Source: Eledone cirrhosa (lineage: Eukaryota). Taken from it: a stretch of 64,000 nt of DNA. Each line of letters begins with the position of its first letter. Positions within the stretch are counted from its first letter, which is position 1. The DNA lies in assembly GCA_964016885.1 (NCBI GenBank), contig OZ024757.1, positions 23,560,001 through 23,624,000 on the forward strand, in the 5' to 3' direction. Under the pieces are notes generated by a model that was given only the letters and a program-made list of their open reading frames with translations, was not told the DNA's origin and ran no database searches. This document shows, one piece after another, positions 41,953 through 54,651 of the stretch. The position numbers and the translations under genes are program-made.

Positions 41953-42919
41953 TATATATACATACATACATACATACATACACACGTATATATATATATA
42001 TATATACACATGTACACACACACATATATATACATATATATATACACATATATACATAAACACACACATATATACATATACATATATACGTATATATATA
42101 TATATATACACACACACACAAACATACATACACACACACACATACACTTATACACACACATACATACATATACACACACTTATACACACACATACATACA
42201 ATAAAAATGTAGCTAGAGAATAATTTCAATAGGACTGAATACAAAGACTATAATAAACATCATCAAAAACTAATTCTTGAATTATTCTATCATTAATTTT
42301 TACAGCAGTTTTATTGTCGTTTTAAAGAATATGGAAACTATTTCTCTTTCTTTGTTTTGTTTTTGTTATTTTTGGGAGGGATGGAGGGCTTGATTTTTTT
42401 TTCTTGTTTTGTTTATTTCAGGAAATGTTTGGCAGTTTTATCAGACGAAGCATGAAAAGAAGAAATTCAATTCCTTATTTTAGTTTTATTTTTGTTCCTG
42501 TTGTTGTTGTTATGAAAATAGTTTTAAAATAACTGAAAATGTATTTAATAAAAATGAATTTCAAACCAACTGAAATTTATTTATTTATATATATATTATT
42601 GGGGGAGTTTGTTTTTATTTTAACTTTCCTGTCTTCCTCTCCATTACAACAACAGCTTTCTGTTCTAGTCTACTAATATTAAAACTAGATGTTTTAAACT
42701 GTTATTAATAAGAAAATAACCAGGAAGGATTTACTCAAAAGGAATATAATATACACATAATACTTTCAATGAGCTAATACACAGACCATTGGCTCAACAA
42801 CAAAGCATTAATCCATACTACAATGAAATTTAGAAATACTTTTAAAGGCACTGACAGAAGAAGAGAAAAACATTCTGAAACATATGAGACTTGAAACTTG
42901 ATATACATACATATCTATA

Positions 42920-43518
42920 CATATGGTGGCTGCCAACTCGTTTTCGAGTACGGCCACTACTTTATATCCATGTAGGAGAACCCCTACCAATGCACTGAAC
43001 AAGTGTGACTTTTTAGTCCAGCCAGCGACTTGAAAACTCTGGTACAAACACTACACTTGTGACAATTATTGACACCTAGTGCTAGGCCCATGGTACCATG
43101 TGACGACAAGTGCAGAGAGATCTCCAGATATAAAGCAATGCCTGTGTCGTGAAGATTTTTATAGTGAGAAAAGACACTGCACAAAGCCAGTCCCACTCTC
43201 TTAACCAAGATGATATTTACCAAAAAGAAGAACAAGTCAACATCATTGGATACCATCAGGTTTGCAGGTGTTATATCAGAGTTTTCCTTCTCCTAGAATT
43301 CTGCCTTGACAAAGGCTAAGGGGTCATCTCTCCCAGTGATTTTGGATGGCCATTGACTCTTAAGAGCTCCTTTGCTCTTTGACAGGTTTTGTTTTTAGTC
43401 CTGCAGGATGTCCAAAGTCACCCTCCTCACCAAGAAACCTTGGTGGGGTTGCCAGTTTAGTCGCCAACGACCCGACCATGGGACAGGTTGTACTGGGATA
43501 CATGTTACCAGTAGCACC
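42920..43518 (-). mobile_element. probable internally deleted RTE-like retroposon (5' UTR plus 3' zinc-finger end)
   Basis: Minus strand encodes HKCSVCTRVFKSLAGLKSH (C2H2-like). The upstream part, 43255-43440, is homologous to 2194-2395(+). Confidence 0.5.
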
Positions 43519-43849
43519 ACACATATACACACACACACACAGACACACACATATATATACTATTAGAGTAGCCTATCTTTGCAGGGCAATTTTCACAGTA
43601 GAATGCCTTTTAATTTTTTATGCTTAAGTTTTATTAGGTTGGATGCCCTTCTTACCAGCCACTTATAATAAAGTACCAGCAATACACTGGGGTAATAGCT
43701 GGTCTTGTGCCAAAAGTAGAAACAATTATTAATATAATACATATATTTATGTGCATACATATATATATATATATATATCATCATCATCATCATCATCATC
43801 ATCATTTTACGTCCGCTTTTCCCTGCTTGCAAGATATATATATATATAT

Positions 43850-44182
43850 GGAGGCACATGGCTTAGTGGTTAGAGCATTGGCCTTGCAATCGAAAGGTTG
43901 CGAGTTCAATTCTCAGACCGGGTGATGTGTTGTTTCCTTGAGCAAGATACTTTATTTCACATTGCTCCAGTTTACTCAGCTGTAGAAATGAGATGATAGG
44001 GACTGCGGTCCCTATCATTCCACTGCAAAGTGGTCGTGAAGGTGCCACGGCAAAAACCACCCAGCACTCACTGTAAATGAGGTTGGTTTTAGGAAGGGCA
44101 TCCAGCTGTAGAAATCAAGCCAGTATCAGTTCCCGTCCCACCCTTGCAAGCAGGGAAAAGTGGACGTAAAATGATGATGATG
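43850..44182 (+). mobile_element. full-length tRNA/CORE SINE with RTE tail
   Basis: Same family. Further copies at 49927-50223(+), 53428-53772(+), 61177-61453(+) and 63398-63712(-). Confidence 0.85.
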
Positions 44183-44305
44183 ATATATATATATATGTTT
44201 ATATATATATATATATATGTTGATATATATGTTGATATATATATATATGTTGATATATATATATATATATGTGTATATATATATGTGTGTGTGTGTATTT
44301 ATGTA

Positions 44306-44374
<69 letters not shown>

Positions 44375-46884
44375 GTGTATGTGTGTGTATAAATGTATGA
44401 AAATATTCCCAGCTTGTGTGTGTCGTCTATGTCAGCCATGTGTTAATTCCCATCATGACAACCCAAACAATACATTAAATGTCCAACTTAAGAGATTAGA
44501 ATTGTTAGAAGATAGACTTCTAACATGTAAAGATGGCGGAAGAAGGAGCTGGTGATGGTGGAGGGGAGGGACTGGTGATGGTGGGGGAAGGATTAGTTGA
44601 TGTTTTTGTCAATAGAGGTCACCGGTAGGCTATTTACCTTTACAACCTGTTCACAGTTTACAAATATCTTATAAGCTCTTAATTTTACTCTTGATAAGAA
44701 ATACTGGAATATTTGTTTTGACAGACTGGGAAATAACTGGAGTTGGTGATGTTAGTGGTGGTGGTCTGGAGGTTGTGGTGGTGGTCTGGAGGTTGCAGTG
44801 GTTATGATAAAAATAATCCAGAATTTGCTATTAAGTAATGTAACTTTTTTCATTTCAAAGCTGTTGTTTGAAACATATAACTTAAAATGTTCTTATATGA
44901 TGGAAGGCTTAATCCTTTTGATAGCAACCCAGGTGAAACCAGCTCTGGTTCTATGAAATGAAACCACTCATATTAAATAGTTCCTATCTAAATTAAAGTC
45001 TTCCAACATAATTTTATATATGAACCATGCATTAAGAGACATTATCTTAATAAAGAAATAATTTTATTAAATTTCTCAAAATTTTTCATCACTCTTTTGA
45101 TACCAACATTGGTTTCATGAAACAAAACCACCCATTTTAAAAGGTTCATATATGAATAAAGATTTTCCAACATAATTTTATATAAGAACCATATGTTGTT
45201 ACTATGTTAGTAATGAAATATTTTGTTGTAACTTCTTCAAAATCCTTCATTAATTAATCAAAATAAAGTGTTTTTCATTAGAAATATGGCCATGAATGGG
45301 TTGAACTTTTTAAAAGAAATTGCTCTGTAATAAGGCTAATAGAAGTTTCAAACAGTTTAGTATGAAGAGGGTTAAGATGTTGCTCCAAAATATAATTTTT
45401 CTCTGAGATATAACAAATTCAAACCAGATTTTTTTTACTATTCAGGCCTACCTCATTCTTGTCCAGTTCTAGAAAGTTAATATTGCTTTTTAGGGTGGTG
45501 GATTGGCAGGATTAGCTGAACATTGGATAAAATGCCAGTTCTAGAAAGCAATATTGATTTCTAATTTAGGCACAAGACAGCAGGTTTAAAGGAAGGACAA
45601 AGTTGATTAAGTCAACCTCAGTATTTGACTGGTATTTTATTTTACTGAACTCAGAATGATAAAGGTTAAGTTTACCGCGGCAGAATTTGAACTTAAAGTA
45701 CAAAAATCCAGAATCAATACTGCAATGGTATTTTTATCTGATGCTCTACGATTCTGCCAATCCAGCATCATTACAAAGCAACATAAAATGTAACAATGAT
45801 TTCTAATTTGGGCACAAAGCCAGCAATTTGGTGTGGAGGAGAGACATATTGTTCCCAGCATTTGACTGGTACTTTAATTTATCAACTCTGGAGAGATGAA
45901 GGGAAAAGTTGGCCTTGGTAGGATTTGAACTCAGAATGGAAGGATCCAAAAATGAAAATCCTGCAATGGCATCTTATCTAATACACTACCAAACCTTCCA
46001 ATCCACTACCCTAGAAAGTAATATTAAATGTAATAATTTTACCAAAAACTATCAAGACTGAAATACAACCTGAGGTTATATAAATTTGAGTTCTTTCTCA
46101 AAATACAATAAAATAGAATTTCTTTTTCTTATAGTTTTAGTAATAAATATTCATGTTAATCTAAATACAGTTTCCTTGAGATTATATTTTTTTCTCTTTT
46201 GGCTTCATCTAAAATACCAAGAAGCTTCTAAACAGAACCTCATAAATATTCATTCAAACCATACCAACTGTCAAATCTTTTGGTAGGTATATTTTTTTTA
46301 AGACTGTATTCAAATCAGCACTTTTGAAGATATATATATCTTACCATTTTATCTTCACTTTTTCTATTTTGTTTTGTGATTTAAATAAATATACACTATT
46401 TCTGTCTTTTCCCAATATTCTTTTTAAGAAAAAAAACTTTTTAATTTCCTGATTTATAATTTATATGGCTCATAAAACTAGCTCAACCTTAGATGAAAGA
46501 ATTCATACCTAAATAAGCTTACAGTTTTCATTAGTAGGTATATATTTTGCATGAAAAATATAAAAAGTCAAGTCAAGTCATAACTTTGATTTCATCAGAA
46601 TTTGTAAAATATTAAAATTATGTGTTGGGAAATGAACAAAATAAGTCGATGAAGGCAGATTTTGATTAATAGAAAAGAAGTGAAAGGGGATTCTTCTGCT
46701 GTGTGAAAAATACGACAGCATCCCAAGTGTCGGTGTCATGATAAATTACATTTGGTAGAACATGGGAATGTTTTGAAAGAGGGATGCAAGTCTCTGATTC
46801 ACCTGAGCACTCAGTAAAGTGTGAGAACTTAAGTAAGCAAAATGCAGCCCTCTGGCCCATCTGAATGGTCAGTGAATCCAAACT

Positions 46885-47490
46885 AAAGTCTTTGATTTTT
46901 AATCTGATGCAGTTATAATGCTGTTTTATACTTTTGAAGAATTTCTTGCTCATGTGGTTTGTTAGTTCAAATATTCGTAGTATGTTTACTAGTGGACAGA
47001 TTGTTGTGACAATTTTCCGTATTAAAGTAAAAACTTTGATTTTTAATGTGATGCCATCATAGTGTTGTTTTGTACTTTTCAAGATTGTCTTGATAATTTT
47101 AGTTTCATACAGCTTGCTAATTTAAATATTTTCAGTATCTTTACTAGTGAACAGGTCATTGTAAAAATTCACACTTTTCAAAACAGTCATACTTATATGG
47201 CTTCATGTGGTTTGTTAATTCAAATATTTATAGTATCTTTACTAGTTGACAGATTGTTGAGAAAATTTACAATATTAATAATTAAATTTAATATTTAATG
47301 TCATAGTGATGTTTTGTACTTTACAAGAATGTCTTGCTAAGGTGGTTTGTTAATTCAAATATTTATATCTTTACTAACAGACAGACTGTTGTAAACAATT
47401 GCAGTATTAAAGTAAAAACATAAATTATTATTGTGATGCAGTCATAGTGCTGTTTTGACACTTTTGAAGAATAGCTTGCTAATGTGGTTT
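46885..47490. repeat. degenerate tandem repeat of about 150 bp (about 4 copies)
   Basis: TGTGGTTTGTTA.TTCAAATATT..TAGTAT.TTTACTAGT.GACAGATTGTTG recurs several times. Confidence 0.7.
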
Positions 47491-47789
47491 CATGTGGAAC
47501 AGGAAACTAAGAGTTAAAACAAAACTTGGAAAGAAAGACGAGAGAATATTGGTAACTAGTAATAGTGAGTAGCAAAACTATTTTTATTTGTGGAAGGAAA
47601 AGTAAACATAGAAGATTAGAATTTTAAAATTTCCAAGGAATATTGAATTTTACAAATTGCTTCAAAGCCCAATGATTCTCATTGATCAGAATGGCAGGGA
47701 GAATGCAAAACTGATCAACCATTTATCAGCCAACACCCAGCCATACATCCATAACATTGTATATCAAATAAGTAGACATATGTACCTAC

Positions 47790-48660
47790 ATAGTCACCAC
47801 CAACACCATCACCATCTACAGTCAACACCATCACCAACACCACCATCACCATCTACACAGTCAACACCATCAACAACAACACCATCACCACCACCAACAC
47901 CAATAACATCAACAACACCACTACCACCAACCACCACCACCTTCACCAACAACATCACCACCACCAAGATTACAAACACCACCAATGACCACTACCACCA
48001 CTATCAATACTAAGATTACCACAATCACTGCCACCAACGACCACCACCATCATCATCAACAACACCACCACCAACCACCACAAATACCACCACCAACCAC
48101 CAACGACCACCACCACCAACCACCAACGACCACCACTACCAACCACCACGAATACCACCACCACCAACGACCACCACCACCACCAACCAACACCACCAAC
48201 ACCACCAACCAACACCACCACCACCAACGACCACCACCAACCACCACCACCACCACCACCACCGACCACCACCAACAACCAACACCACCACCACCAACCA
48301 CCAACGACCACCACTACCAACCACCACGAATACCACCACCACCAACGACCACCACCACCACCAACCAACACCACCAACACCACCAACCAACACCACCACC
48401 ACCAACGACCACCACCAACCACCACCACCACCACCACCACCGACCACCACCAACAACCAACACCACCACCACCAACGACCACCAACAACACCACCAATGA
48501 CCACCACCAACACCACCACCACAACACCAGCACCACCAACCGCCACCACCACCCAACACCACCACCACCACCCAACACCACCGCCACCACCACCAATGAC
48601 CACTACCATCACTATCAATACTAAGATTACCACAACACCACCACCACAACACCAGCACCA
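47790..48660. repeat. (ACC)n-rich low-complexity repeat with internal duplications
   Basis: Directly visible. Confidence 0.9.
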
Positions 48661-48855
48661 CTTAGTATTATCACTAACAGTTGATATCAATGTATGACAA
48701 AAAGTAGCCACCTGTGACCCAGATAATTTAAATAATCCAAATTCTGAGGTCAAAGGTCAACAATTAACAAAGTCAAATGATTAATGCTGTTTTATGATAA
48801 TCTTTGAAAGACTTTAAAACATTACCAAGTTGGTTGAAGACTTGACTTACTCTAG

Positions 48856-49420
48856 TGGAGGGGGGGGGGGTCTGGGGGGGGGTCTGGGGTGACTGGGGGG
48901 GGGGGGGGTCGAAGTGTGTGGTTGAGAGGGGTAGTGATCTCTGATTGAGGGGTGGGGTGAGGAGTGGTGTTGTCCGGTTGAGGAGTAGTGGAGGGGTGTT
49001 GTCCGGTTGAGGAGTAGTGGAGGGGTGTAGTTGAGGGTGGAGGCGCATGGTTGAGAGGGGTGGTGGTCTCTGGTGGCAGGGTGGTGGAGGTGTGTGGTTG
49101 ATGGTGGAGGTGTATTGAGGGGTGGAAGTGCCTGGTTGAGCAGGATGGTGGGCTTTGGTGGAGGGGTGGAGGTGTCTAGTTGTGAGGTGGGGGTGTCTGG
49201 CAGAGGGGTGGAGGTGTCTAGTGAAAGGGTGGGGGTGTCTGGCAGAGGGGTGGAGGTGCCTAGTGAAAGGGTGGGGGTGTCTGGCAGAGGGGTGGAGGTA
49301 TCTAGTGAAAGAGTGGGGGTGTATGTGCCTGGTTGAGGGGTGGAGTTGTCTGGTTGAGGGGTGGAGTTGTCAGAATGCTGGGCAGAGGTGTCTGTTTGAA
49401 GGAGTGGAGGTCTCTGGTAT
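48856..49420. repeat. G-rich low-complexity tract including a 42-bp tandem unit
   Basis: Long G runs at 48857-48908; GAGGGGTGGAGGTGTCTAGTGAAAGGGTGGGGGTGTCTGGCA occurs about 3 times. Confidence 0.8.
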
Positions 49421-50862
49421 AAAAGAAATAGGGTAATGAACAGGTTAAAGTGTCTATCATCATCATCATCATTGTCATTTTAACATCCACTTTCCCTGTT
49501 AGCAAGTGTTAGACAGGTCCTTACAAAACTAGTCAATACTGAAGTAGAGCCACTGATCTCCCAGGTAGGCCTGGGATTTGTGTTTCGCTTATGTACAGCC
49601 TCACATTCCACCAAGTGCTCATACCTTTGACATAACGGAGGGTCCTGTCAACCCTTTTTTGGCAAGATTTCTATGGCTAGATGCCCTTCCTATCACCAAC
49701 CACTTTACAGTGTGTACTGTGTGCATTTATCATATAAATCACCAGCACTAGGAAGGTTGTCAAGTCCTTGACACAACCAAAGAGTCCTCCCGGCCCTTTA
49801 TCTGGCAAGTTTTTCAAAAAAAACCTTCCACCATAATTTTCTGTGAGAACCTTTGTTACGTTAGTTCTAAACACCAACTTAATGAAAATTTTAATATTAG
49901 CCGCAATTTTAAATACTGCTTATATCAAAAGGTTGTGAGTTCTTCAATTCTCAGACCGGGTGATGTGTTGTTTCCTTGAGCAAGACACTTTATTTCTCAT
50001 TGCTCCAGTTTACTCAGCTGTAGAAATGAGATGATAGGGACTGGGGTCCCTATCATTCCACTGCAAAGTGGTCGTGGAGGTGCCACGGCAAAAAAAGCAC
50101 CCACCACTCACTGTAAATAAGGTTGGTGTTAGGAAGGGCATCCAGCTGTAGAAGTCAAGCCAGAATCAGTTCCTGTCCCACCCTTGCAAGCAGGGAAAAG
50201 CGGACGTAAAATGATGATGATGATATTTATATAGCATGGTGTGTAATTCAACAACTGTGCTTAGACAGTGCTGTCCAGTAATTGTTTCTACTTTTGGCAC
50301 AAGGCCTCAATTATCCCAGTGCATTACTAGTGCTTTATTTAACCGACCCCATAAGAATGAAAAGCAAAGTTAACCTCGACGGGACTTGAACTCAGACTGT
50401 AAAGGGTCGCAACTCTATTAGTACTGTCCAAAAATACAGACTTTAACAGTTTGATGTTTTCCTTTCAGAATGTAAAATTAATTTTCATTAATTCAATATT
50501 ATTGCATTCATTATTAATGAAAACTAGCTTTGTTAATGATTTAAATTTATTTTATTGTTTGTTGTTGATATTATCAGGAAGTAAATCAAATGTTTGTCTT
50601 TGTTTTTAAGTTCAAAATAGTCAGCAGCATCTAAAATTGTGCCATTAATGTGTTAACGTAGGCTGTCCATGTTTTATTTCATCATCACCATTTAATATCC
50701 ATTTTCCTACGCTAGCATGGGTTGCAAGTGATGTTCCGTTGTGAGACCAGCCGGATCTGATGATCATGTCTTGCTCATACAGAACTGATTTGGGGTTGGT
50801 TTCTATGACTGGATGCCCTTCCTAACGCCAATCACATTTACAGTGTCTACTAGGTACTTTTT

Positions 50863-51190
50863 ATCGTGACACCTAAATGACCACTTTACAGTGTGAGCTG
50901 GGCGCTTTTTATCGTGACACCTAAATGACCACTTTACAGTGTGAGCTGGGCGCTTTTTATCGTGACACCTAAATGACCACTTTACAGTGTGAGCTGGGCG
51001 CTTTTTATCGTGACACCTAAATGACCACTTTACAGTGTGAGCTGGGCGCTTTTTATCGTGACACCTAAATGACCACTTTACAGTGTGAGCTGGGCGCTTT
51101 TTATCGTGACACCTAAATGACCACTTTACAGTGTGAGCTGGGCGCTTTTTGTCATGACACCTACACAACCACTTTATAGTGTGGATTGGG
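50863..51190. repeat. 48-bp minisatellite inside a retroposon tail (6 identical copies plus a variant)
   Basis: Unit ATCGTGACACCTAAATGACCACTTTACAGTGTGAGCTGGGCGCTTTTT starts at 50863, 50911, 50959, 51007, 51055 and 51103. Confidence 0.95.
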
Positions 51191-51659
51191 CACTTTTTGT
51201 TGCATCGCACTGTCTTGGAGAATTGGCAAAGCCATTAGAATGTTGGATAGAATGCTTTATGTATTTGTTTCGGCTCTCTGAGTTCACATCCTACCGCAGT
51301 CAACTTTGCCTTTCATCTATTCGAGATTGGTTAAAAAAGTACTAGTCTAGTACTGGTGGATGATTCTTCCTCTATATCTCTGTCATTTCTATTCTCTTAC
51401 TCTGTATCTTTCTCTGGACGAAATCTGCTGTATTCAGACCTGGAGAGGAGATGGACTCTGCTCTGCTGCCAGATTTAAAAATTCCCTAAAAAAAATACCC
51501 TATGTCTATACGACACTCCTATGACTCCCTCAGGACTTACAGAATCATGCATGCGCATCTCTTTCATCATTATTTAACAATCAGCTTTCCCTGCTAACAA
51601 CAGTTGGATGGGCCATCAACAAACCAGATTGGTACTCAAGGGGGGTTATTATTGTGGTA

Positions 51660-52805
51660 TTGGATTGGCAGTATCGGTAGAGTGTCGGATGTCATGCTTT
51701 GGCGCATAGAGTTACGGCCCTTGCCATTCTGAGTTCAAATCCCGCCGAGGTTAACTTTGCCTTTCATCCTTACGGGGTCGATAAAATAAAGTACCAGTAA
51801 TACACTGGGTAATTGCTGGCCTTGTGCCTAAAGTAGAAACAATTATTGTGGTTTGGAAGTATCGGTAGAGCGTCAGACACCATGCTTTGCATTTTACATT
51901 CTGAGTTCAAATCCCTCCGAGGTTAACTTTGCCTTTCATACTTACGAGGTCGATAAAATAAAGTACCAGTAATGCACTGGGGTTATTGTTGGCCTTGTGC
52001 CAAAAGTAGAAACAATTATTATTATTATTGTTCAAATCCCACCAGGTTAACTTTGCCTTTCATCCTTACGGGGTCGATAAAATAAAGTACCAGTAATGCA
52101 CTGGGGTTATTGTTGGCCTTGTGCCAAAAGTAGAAACATTATTATTATTATTATTGAAGTAGAAATAGAAGCTTCGCTGTAATATTTTGATTATATAATA
52201 TAGTCTAATAATTGTTTCTACATTTGGCACAAGGCCAGCAATTACCCAGTGCATTACTGGTACTTTATTTTATCGACCTGGTAAGGATGAAAGGCAAAGT
52301 TAACCTCAGCGGGATTTGAACTCAGAATGGCAAGGGCCGCAACTCTATGCGTCAAAGCATGGCATCCGACCCTCTACCGATACTGCCAATCCACCGCCCT
52401 TATAATATAGTCTAATAATTGTTTCTACTTTTGGCACAAGGCCAGCAATTACCCAGTACATTACTGGTACTTTATTTTATCGACCCAGTAAGGATGAAAG
52501 GCAAAGTTAACCTCGGCGGGATTTGAACTCAGAATGGCAAGGGCCACAACTCTATGCGTCAAAGCATGGCATCCGACCCTCTACCGATACTGCCAATCCA
52601 CCGCCCTTATAATATAGTCTAATAATTGTTTCTACTTTTGGCACAAGGCCAGCAATTACCCAGTACATTACTGGTACTTTATTTTATCGACCCAGTAAGG
52701 ATGAAAGTCACAGTTAACCGCGGCGGGATTTGAACTCAGATCGTAAAGGGACGTAACTACGCTGGAAAGCATGTCTGACCCTCTACCGATACTGCCAATT
52801 CACCA
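51660..52805. mobile_element. cluster of six Meta-domain-like SINEs: three plus-strand then three minus-strand
   Basis: Plus copies at 51660-52140 and minus copies at 52207-52805. The minus copies are separated by a repeated TATAATATAGTCTAATAAT. Confidence 0.85.
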
Positions 52806-53912
52806 ATGGGTGTAAAAACGCACTGAACAGAAAAAGATGGGTATCAGCAGACCTGGAGGGTCGAACCAACACCTCCCGATATCATCATCATCATCATCAT
52901 CATCACATTAAAGCATCAAATTCCAAAGCACTGGTTGAAAGATATACTTCCACAAATCCTTTGATGGTTGCAGTAAAATATTTTATACTATTTTGTTGTC
53001 CAATAAAATCAAGATAAAATAACTCCAGCAGCACTGAAATCACTGAAGTCACTGATACCACTTTTCAAATGTGTGATTGATTGATTCCTTGTTGAATTTT
53101 ATTGATTTTTTTCGTTGTTTGCTTTTGTCTTTATTTAGAAGTCATTTTGAAATCTGAATAAAATAAATTGTCTCCCTTTATTGTACCCAGTGACCTAACC
53201 ACCCCACCCTCCACCACCATTGCTGTTTGTTGAAGGTCAATCGGTTCATTTATTTAAAAACACATTTCAAGCCTTCCCCCTTTTCTTTTATATATTAAAT
53301 AAGTGAGACTGCTGTCAATAATAAAAACTGGTATTTGTTGAATTTATTTCACTTTTTCAGTACTGCATGTATATGTAAATATAATAGCAGTGTGTGTGGG
53401 TGTGTGTATATATATATATATATATATGGAGGCACATGGCTTAGTGGTTAGAGCATTGGCCTTGCAATCGAAAGGTTGTGAGTTCAATTCTCAGACCGGG
53501 TGATGTGTTGTTTCCTTGAGCAAGACACTTTATTTCACATTGCTCCAGTTTACTCAGCTGTAGAAATGAGATGATAGGGACCTCAGTCCCTATCATCCCA
53601 CTGCAAAGTGGTCGTGGAGGTGCCACAGCAAAAAAAAGCACCCAGCCCACACTGTAAATGAGGTTGGTGTTAGGAAGGGCATCCAGCTGTAGAAATCAAG
53701 CCAGAATCAGTTCCCGTCCCACCCTTGCAAGCAGGGAAAAGCGGACGTAAAATGAAATGAAATGAAAATGATATATATATATTGTTATACTTGGGGAGAG
53801 TCATATTTGTGTAATATTGCCAGAATTAATAACAGAACACACTCACTGTTTGGTTGGTTTTCGCTTCTCGCTGTCTTTTATATCGGTAATCTAACTTACT
53901 CGGTCCTCAATG

Positions 53913-53991
<79 letters not shown>

Positions 53992-54113
53992 AGGAGGTGA
54001 GTTTTATTGTAGCACAATAAAGCAATGCAAATATCGGATAAGTAGCACTCCACAGTTTATAGGACTGGAGTATAAATAATATAAGATCAAAAGATGGTTA
54101 AAAGCGTTCCATG

Positions 54114-54184
54114 TATTTTATTATGCGCATTTCAAAAACAAATATCATCATGGGATGATATTTGCGTTCTCATCAGATAAAATA
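54114..54184 (-). ncRNA. type-I hammerhead ribozyme motif (HHR1)
   Basis: Reverse complement: UAUUUUAU CUGAUGA GAACGCAAAUAUCAUC-CCAU-GAUGAUAUUUGUUUUU GAAA UGCGCA UA AUAAAAUA. Complete core, 8-bp stem I, 16-position stem II, palindromic stem III. Confidence 0.85.
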
Positions 54185-54255
54185 GGGAGACATGATATGA
54201 AGCTTAAAAAACACTTGCATGTTGATTTAACACTGCACTGCTTCATATGTCTCCC

Positions 54256-54326
54256 TATTTTATCTGATGAAAACGCAAATATCATCCCATGATGATATTT
54301 GTTTTTGAAATGCGCATAATAAAATA
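54256..54326 (+). ncRNA. type-I hammerhead ribozyme motif (HHR2)
   Basis: Stem I 54256-54263 / 54319-54326; CUGAUGA 54264-54270; stem II 54271-54306; GAAA 54307-54310; UGCGCA 54311-54316; predicted cleavage after A54318 (AUA triplet). Confidence 0.85.
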
Positions 54327-54356
54327 CATGGAACTCTTTTAACCATCTTTTGATCT

Positions 54357-54377
<21 letters not shown>

Positions 54378-54387
<10 letters not shown>

Positions 54388-54450
54388 TAGTTGTTTTGGA
54401 AGCCTCAAACAATACATTGTTGAGGCTTCCAAAATGACTATTTTTAATAT
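54378..54450 (+). other. 73-nt near-perfect hairpin
   Basis: ATATTAAAAATAGTTGTTTTGGAAGCCTCAA...TTGAGGCTTCCAAAATGACTATTTTTAATAT; the two arm mismatches are G-U compatible on the plus strand. Confidence 0.85.
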
Positions 54451-54651
54451 TCCACAATGTTTCAAGCAAACTTTAGCATTCTCTAATATATATATATATA
54501 TATATATAACCAAAGATTAATATGGTTTGTTGATTATTCAATGAATAGAATTTTACAATAGATTAGAAGCACTCAACAAGAGATTTTCCTGGAGTATTTA
54601 ATATTATTCAAAATATTAATAAATGAAAAATATTCTCATAATCAAAATATA

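Noticed and set aside
43850-43920. tRNA-like sequence with A and B boxes
   Set aside because: It is a SINE head lacking a proper acceptor stem and continues into the SINE body in all copies.
46666-47082. 138-aa minus-strand ORF
   Set aside because: Half of it lies in a degenerate tandem repeat and no domain is recognisable.
47657-48753. Pro/Thr/His-rich ORFs (also the His-rich ORF at 56191-57051)
   Set aside because: Trinucleotide low-complexity DNA open in several frames, with no splice or domain evidence.
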